From Eledone cirrhosa (taxonomy: Eukaryota): a stretch of DNA of 64,000 bases. The notes under the pieces were generated by a model that was not told the origin of the DNA, searched no databases, and worked only from the letters and a program-made list of their open reading frames with translations. Below, piece by piece: positions 56,341-64,000 of this stretch. Each line of letters opens with the position of its first letter. Positions within the stretch are counted from its first letter, which is position 1. Position numbers and translations under genes: made by a program. The stretch lies in NCBI GenBank assembly GCA_964016885.1, contig OZ024740.1, positions 188,914,001 through 188,978,000 of the forward strand, given 5' to 3'.

Positions 56341-58127
56341 TGACCATACTCCCCCAACCCTTTTTTGGCAAGTTTTCTATGACTGAATGCCCTTCCTATC
56401 ACCAATTACTTTACGGCATGTACTGTGAGTGTAGACCATCAACACTTGGGAGGTTGTAGCATCCTTGATATGATTGAAGTGTTCTCCCAAACCTTTGTTT
56501 GGCAAGCTTGGGTGCCCTTTCTATCACCAACAACTTTACAGTGTGAGTGGGTTCGTTCATTATAGATCACCAGCATTAGAGAGTTTGCTGTACCATGGCA
56601 TGATTAAAAGGTCCACTTGACCCTTTTTAATATCAATTTAGAAATATCCACACAATAAAAAATTGATATGCCAATTTTCTTTTCAATGATACTTTTAAAT
56701 AGTAATATTAATCCAGTTAATGTTTTATATTTGTAAGTGGAGAGGTGCTGAAATGATGCAAAATTGTCCATCTGTGTCTTAACACTTTTTCTACAACTAT
56801 TTTTGGTTGCCCTTGATACATGACATAATTATCCAAAGAATGGTTTATTATATCTTGAGCAGAATTTGTAAATTAATAAACACTATTGATGCTATGTTAA
56901 AAAACAATGATTGTTACTTAAATAAACGTATCTTACACCAGCTGCACTGGGTGCAGGGAATTAAATATTCAACTGTTGTAATGATTTTCACTAAATTTTC
57001 TGTCACTCTAGAAGCTGTATGATAACACCAAAATACAACATTGAGGGAAATTCTTTTATCTATTCTGATTGGTGATATATTAATCTACTAAAGCATAGTA
57101 AATAGGAAGCTTATCAAATGTTACTATTCTCAGTGGATTGCTACTTTTTTTTTTGCTCTTTCACTTGCTCTTTCTTTCACTTGCAAGTGCCATCCTCTCT
57201 ACTTTTGTCTCTGCTTATCTCTTCTATATATTTTACATTGAAAAGATAAATTTTGACCTTTATGTAATTGCTAATTTGTTTTAGCTTTCGATTTGAATTT
57301 TGTTTTAAATTTCTTATTCATTGGAATATATTCATTTGTTTTATTATTCATTGGAATACATTATATTGTGATTATTGGTCTCTACAGAGAAAAAGAAAGC
57401 AAAAAAAAAATTATTTTGAATAATAATATTACAAAACTAAAAACAAATCTGGGAAATTGTAATTAACTTGTAGTATCAGTATAGTCTAACTGATAAGTTC
57501 TGATCTTCACAAGCAGGTGATGAATATTCAGTAGGCTTTCTTTCCAGTCAAAGATTTACATTGTTGAATTATCTAGCTGAGGTTCCTTTTCTACAGAATA
57601 TATGCTGGCATTTACAAATAAAGCTACTTTTGGTTGTTCTGTGCGTAAGCTTCTCATAATATGTAGTAAAACAGTTAAATCTGAGAAAATTAGTAATGAC
57701 CTGTGTTGGTAATGACAAACGTAATACAAATGATTCAAACAATGAATAACATTTATTTCGCAGTTTAAGTTATTTGCTTCTCTTAACATGCGTTTAACCA
57801 CTATTAGAATAGTCATGTTGCTGTTTAGTATCAGGTCAGTTGTGATAGCACAGACCTATCATCAAAGTTGTTCTGACTTGGACCACTGTGTTTTTTATTC
57901 AAACCTAATGTATCTAGGGTTTCATTATCCCATCTGTCCTGCCATTTTTTTATGAAAAACTATGATGTGATTGGAGGGAAATTTAGCTGTTCATTTTAGC
58001 AGGCTGAACAACCATATAGAGAATCTTTCATTAGTTTGTGATTCCCCACTTTGATCAGACTCACTGATTAACTCATTTAGATTTTATTGTTGTTAGGAAA
58101 TTTTTCATATATACATATATATGAACA

Positions 58128-58313
58128 TTGGATTGGCAGTATTGGTAGAGGGTTGGATGCGATGCTTTGAAGCATAGAGTTACCTTCCTTTATGGTCTGA
58201 GCTCAAATCCCACCAAGGTCAACTTTGCTTTTCATCCTTACGGGGTCGATAAAATAAAGTACCAGTAATGCACTGGGTAATTGCTGACTGTGTGCTAAAA
58301 TTAGAAACAATTA
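58128..58313 (+). mobile_element. SINE family B, near full length
   Basis: tggcagtattggtagag (A-box-like), gagctcaaatccc (B-box-like), ggtcaactttgcttttcatccttacggggtcgataaaataaagtaccag core. Confidence 0.8.
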
Positions 58314-58515
58314 TATATATATGCACACATACATGCTGCTTTTCTGTGCAACAATGTACGAAAATAGATTATATCAAACTTTGGTTGAGGATATGTACCT
58401 TGATTAAGTTATATATAATACACACATATCAGATTGTACAAACCTCTTACACAAAAGTGTATTGAGCAAAGTTAGTTTTTTGTTGCATAAAATAAACAAA
58501 TACATACATACACAA

Positions 58516-58576
<61 letters not shown>

Positions 58577-59457
58577 GAAAAGAGTGAGATTAGTTTCACA
58601 TATTTATTCTGTTATGCACATTGATGTTTTAATGTCTGAAGAGTGAGTGATCTAAGGCGGCACATCACACCATTATATAATGTTACATAATTGGAAAGGG
58701 TTTTGAGCCTGATCACTGGCAAAATGCACATAATGGAATAAACATATGCTAAACTGATCTCTCTCTCTCTGTCTTTCACTCTCTCTTTCTTCCCCTCTCT
58801 CTCTCCCAAATCCCCATCTCTCTCTCCCTCCCCAACCTCTCTCTCTCTACTTTTATACTTTTGCAATTTCCTACTTGATACCTATATTACAAATGAAGCG
58901 ATTAATAATCCATTGGATTGACTCTAATTTAACATAATATTTTTTGTGGAAAAGGGTATGATTTGTACATGAGAGAGAGAGGGGGAGAGAGGGAGACAAT
59001 GTGTGTGTGTGTGTGTGTATCTTCCTATTGCTTTCTCTTTTGAAGAGAAATTTAGCATAGCTCAGAAATGAACAAGGTCATGAAATATATGAATTATAGG
59101 TTCTTGTCAATAAAAGTGAAATGTATCTTCCCAATGACTGCCTTTTCAACTAAACAGATTGGCATATAGAATGTTAACTGCCTTTGCAATTTGAAGAAAA
59201 TTGATTCTACAGATCGGCTCCAGTTCATGCTTCAAGTTGAAATTGGATGACCAAACATAAATGAATATGTTACTGTATGAATAGTAAGAAATAACCTTCT
59301 GATCCTATTGAAAAATATATTGTATATGAAAGATAATCCTATGAAAGAATATAAAATCTTAGTGCCTGGACACAACTACTTTAGACAACCTCTTTACATT
59401 TAAGTGGATTCAAAACATTTGCTAAATTTTAGTACAGTAATATATGTTGACATGCTT

Positions 59458-59512
<55 letters not shown>

Positions 59513-59513
<1 letters not shown>

Positions 59514-59830
59514 AAAATATGGATTTAGGTCGATACAATGTTAAATGCATAGAAGACTTCAGAATTATTTCAACCTTGTTGTCCTCAGAACTACTCAATA
59601 ATCGATAATAATTGTATTAGACCAAAGTCATAAATGATATGCTCACAGAGCAACAATACCCAAATAGAACATGTTAAGGCAGATAAAAAATCAAAGAAAT
59701 CTATGAAGTTTAACAATTTAACAAAGATAAAGTTTCAATATGACCAAACTGATGAACTGAGAGAATCTTGTGAAACACATGCATTCGGATAATGTATTGT
59801 TAATGTAATATAATATGTTATATAACAGAA
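59513..59830 (+). other. Probable old Penelope-like fragment with degenerate hammerhead (59744-59788)
   Basis: ccaaa-CTGATGA-actgagagaatcttgt-GAAA-cacatg-CA-ttcgg, downstream of a (TA)n(GA)n tract. Confidence 0.4.
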
Positions 59831-60514
59831 CTAAAAATTGTGTGCTCTACCTATATGGATATTTATTAGGAAATTTAACTACTCTAATATATATATGTAT
59901 ATATATATACACATGTGTGTATATGTGTGTGTGTTGGATGAAAGGTTAAAGATCATCCTACTAATGTTATTAACTATGTTTTTAAAAGCTATAGAAGGCT
60001 GGCAGGAGTTTTTGTGGAAATATCTAAGTTTTTCATTTGGTTTGTGGAAAGGTTTATGTGTGTGTGTAAATCTAAATTGTTGTTGAGAATGTTGATGAGG
60101 TTGGTGGTTATGATACTTTTTAATCATAGATTGTTGAGTGTAGCTGTTAAGTGTTTTCTAAAATTGTCAAAATTGTGGCCACTTGTCTTGCTCAATAGGG
60201 CCAGATCTTCATTGCAATATAGGCCAATACAGAAGTCAGGGAATTTGGTTCTTAGCATGTATAAAAATGGATAAGCTATTTATTTTACTAAATCCTTCTA
60301 TGTTCCTTAAGTATTAATAGAAATGAAAAGTTCTATAAGACAGCTGCTATTTCAGATTTGATAATTGAAATGATTTTCAAATTTCAATAAAATCATTTAT
60401 TTCCAGGATACAGTTCCATAATGTTTAGCATATATGCAGATTTACATTCATGTGAGTAACGTTTGAGAAAGAGCTATTTATAATTGAGATTGGAAAAAAT
60501 ATTGTCACAACATA

Positions 60515-60691
60515 CCGTATTTCCCAACATCGAAGACGCTACTTTTTTCCTAAAATAAGTCTCAAAAATCAACCATGCATCCTGGAGGCCGAAGGTTGCT
60601 TTTGCATTATTATTATTTTTTTTCAAATTTTTGGTTGTCAAAATTAGGGTGCCTTCCCGAGGACGCAGCATCTTTGGCGCTGGGAAATAGT
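60515..60691. mobile_element. Tc1/mariner (pogo/Tigger-type) MITE
   Basis: TA|ccgtatttcccaacatcgaagacgct ... agcatctttggcgctgggaaatagt|TA: imperfect TIRs of about 26 bp with TA target duplication. Confidence 0.7.
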
Positions 60692-61457
60692 TAACTGAGA
60701 TAGGTAAAGCATTGTATGTGTGCATATGTGTGTAAATATTGAAGAATTACAAACATATGTATATATATATATAAACAAGCATGCATAGTATAATGTTATG
60801 GTTGATTTACCTACCGTTGTGTAATATTATCAAGCAAGCCGTTGGCTTTATTTTCTTACCAAATTATTTTGTTGTATTACTATCCATCACTTGGTTTCTA
60901 GATTTTGAATAAACATGCTAATTTATGAATTCTAAGATCTATGTAATTTATGTAATTTATGATAGCTTTAATATTTCATGTGATATTTCTCGTGGAGTAT
61001 TTACATAGCTGTCTCAGCATGAAGATACTTTAGATTATTAGCAGATGAAATATAAAGGAACTTAATAGACAACATGGAATCTTGTTGATAGAAAGAAATA
61101 TTATTATATCAACCCAAAATTTCTACTGTTTTTTGCTAATCCATCATTTATGTGGTATATTTATGTAAATGGCAAGGATTTTGTCAGTGGAATAAATTGT
61201 TATAGATCAATTCAGTTAATCACTTATCATCAGTCTTATTTCTGTGTGATTATGCATGAATGTGTATATGTGTTTGTGTGCATATTCATTGGAGTTTGTG
61301 CAAAAGAATACATGAAAATAAAAAAGCTATAGAGGCTGGTAGAATTCCATGCCAAATAATTGTACACTTTGTAAATTCTGTTCTCACATTTTCTTACTTT
61401 CTAATCTTTTTCTCACACTGTCATGAATACATACATATATATCTGTGCATCTGTCTG

Positions 61458-61505
<48 letters not shown>

Positions 61506-61531
61506 TACATATATATATATGTTTATATATA

Positions 61532-61595
<64 letters not shown>

Positions 61596-61598
61596 CGT

Positions 61599-62551
61599 AT
61601 CATCATCATCATCATCATCAACGTTTAACGTCCGTGTTCCACGCTTGCATGGGTTTGGACGGTGGTAGTCCCACTTGAGGCAAGAGTGATTGTCTTGCTC
61701 GCATAGGACTGTCTGGCAGGTTTTCTACAGCTGGATGCCCTTCCTAACACCAACCACATTTACAGTGTGGCGCTGGGAGGTTTTTACCGTGTTGTGGACA
61801 CGGCCACATTACAGCATGGACTGTGTGTTTTTTTGTCGTGACACCTACACGATCTCATTTGTTTCGGCATGGATGGTGTGGCACCAAACACAACTTTACA
61901 TAGAACGGGGTGGCGTGGATGGGTTGGGGGTGGTGGGACGGGGGGGGTATTTTGTTAGAGATGCCTACTGGCTGTAGTAGGTTTTACTATGTATTTAGGT
62001 GAGGCGGGTCTTCTCTGTTACTGAGTACCGCCAAGGTCTCGGTCCAGTGACATTGTCTTGGAGAGGTGTAAGTGTGTGAGGTCGGGGTTTATCAGCTCGT
62101 CCCAGGTTTTTCTAGGTCTGCCTATTCCGTGGCTACCGTCTATCTTTATTGCCCTGCACTTTGTTATACAGCTATCGACTTTCATGCGCATCACGTGTCC
62201 ATACCAACGTAGCCTTCTCTCGAGTAAACAACATCTGATCCCTCTTATTTCTAATTTTTTCCTTAGTTCGTTTATGCTTTGCCGTTCACGTATATTACTG
62301 TTACACATCCAGCGGAGCATGCAAGCTTCGTTCCTCTCTAGTCTGCGTATATCCTCTGCACACAATGCCCAGGTCTCACTGCCATGCAACATTGCTGTTC
62401 GTATGCAGGCATCGTACAACCTGCCTTTCATTTTTAGGGAGAACCCTTTAGCAGCTAATAGTGGTATAAGCTCTCTGAACTTTTTCCAACCAGTTCTGAC
62501 TCTAGCTACAGTACTTTCAGAGCACCCTCCCCCACTGCTGATTTTATCACC
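61599..62551 (-). mobile_element. Young 5'-truncated RTE LINE, near-identical to 23433-24390
   Basis: The translation differs from the 23 kb copy at only a few residues; full 3' UTR and (ATG)n tail; TA arrays on both sides. Confidence 0.95.
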
Positions 62552-62558
62552 ATGTATA

Positions 62559-62589
<31 letters not shown>

Positions 62590-63150
62590 CTGTCTCATGG
62601 TCGGGTCGTTGGCGACTAAACTGGCAACCCCACCAAGGTTTCTTGGTGAGGAGGGTGACTTTGGACATCCTGCAGGACTAAAAACAAAACCTGTCAAAGG
62701 TCAAAGGAGCTCTTAAGAGTCAATGGCCATCCAAAATCACCGGGAGAGATGACCCCTTAGCCTTAGTCAAGGTAGAATTCTAGGAGAAGGAAAACTCTGA
62801 TATAACACCTGCAACCCTGATGATATCCAATGATGTTGACTTGTTCTTCTTTTTGGTAAATATCATCTTGGTTAAGAGAGTGGGACTGGCTTTGTGCAGT
62901 GCCTTTGCTCACTATAAAAGCTTCACGGCACAGGCATTGCTTTATATCTGGAGATCTCTCTGCATTTGTCGTCACATGGTACCATGGGCCCAGCACTATG
63001 TGTCAATAATTGTCACAAGTGTAGTGTTTGTACCAGAGTTTTGAAGTCGCTGGTTAGACTAAAAAGTCACACTCGTTCAGCGTATCGGTAGGGGTTCTCC
63101 TACATGGATATAAAGTAGTGGCCGTACTCGAAAACGAGTTGGCAGCCACC
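62590..63150 (+). mobile_element. Unassigned non-coding retroposon-like insert (RTE 5'-UTR-like motifs and 3' hairpin)
   Basis: Block of higher GC between TA arrays; contains ctaggagaaggaaaactctga (62780-62800) and a terminal hairpin gtggc..actcg aaaa cgagt..gccac. Confidence 0.45.
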
Positions 63151-63192
<42 letters not shown>

Positions 63193-63471
63193 GTATCTAT
63201 ATCTATATATATATATATGTATATATCTATATAGATATGTGTATATATCTATATATATATGTGTATATATCTATATATATTTGTTTATATATATCTATAT
63301 ATATATGTATATATATCTATATATATGTTTATATATATCTATATATATGAATATGTGTGTATATATGTATATATATATGTATATATATATATGTGTATAT
63401 ATATATGTGTATGTATATATATATATATGTATATATATATATGTATATATATATGTGTATATATATATATG

Positions 63472-63504
<33 letters not shown>

Positions 63505-63507
63505 GTG

Positions 63508-63538
<31 letters not shown>

Positions 63539-63547
63539 GTATATGTA

Positions 63548-63600
<53 letters not shown>

Positions 63601-63853
63601 GTGTATATATATATGTATATATATATATATGTGTATATATATATGTGTATATATATATGTGTATATATATATATGTTTTTATATATATGTGTATGTATGT
63701 GTGTATATATATATGTGTATATATATATGTGTATATATATATATGTATATATATATATGTTTATATATATATGTGTATATATATATGTGTATATATATAT
63801 ATATGTGTATATATATATGTATATATATATGTATATATATGTATATATATATG

Positions 63854-63884
<31 letters not shown>

Positions 63885-63911
63885 GTATGTATATATATGT
63901 ATATATATATG

Positions 63912-63942
<31 letters not shown>

Positions 63943-64000
63943 GTATATATATATATGTATGTATATATATATGTATGTATATATATATATGTATATATAT
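63151..64000. repeat. Degenerate (TA)n array running off the window
   Basis: Direct reading. Confidence 0.97.

Overview
AT-rich eukaryotic (metazoan) genomic DNA. The repeat content suggests an octopus or other coleoid cephalopod, but that is an inference. Only one host coding exon is recognisable: 35841-36073 (+), the C-terminal half of a CUB domain. The rest looks like very large intron or intergenic sequence. It holds kilobase-long degenerate (TA)n arrays packed with 5'-truncated RTE-clade LINEs (with a PHD finger inside the RT region), CR1-type LINEs, an RTE-X fragment, two tRNA-SINE groups, a non-autonomous Helitron and two MITEs. The strongest unannotated signal is about 10 sequence-distinct, short non-coding inserts in or beside (TA)n tracts. 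Each carries a type I hammerhead ribozyme motif (stem I-CUGANGA-stem II-GAAA-short or palindromic stem III-UH-stem I, often followed by AATAAA), complete, decayed or, in one family, only its 3' half. Several are fold-back palindromes, including a 262+262 bp one. They resemble Penelope-like pseudo-LTR or retrozyme units, and no Penelope ORF is visible in the window. All structures were read by eye; no folding or database searches were run. The many YI/YM-rich ORFs are microsatellite artefacts.
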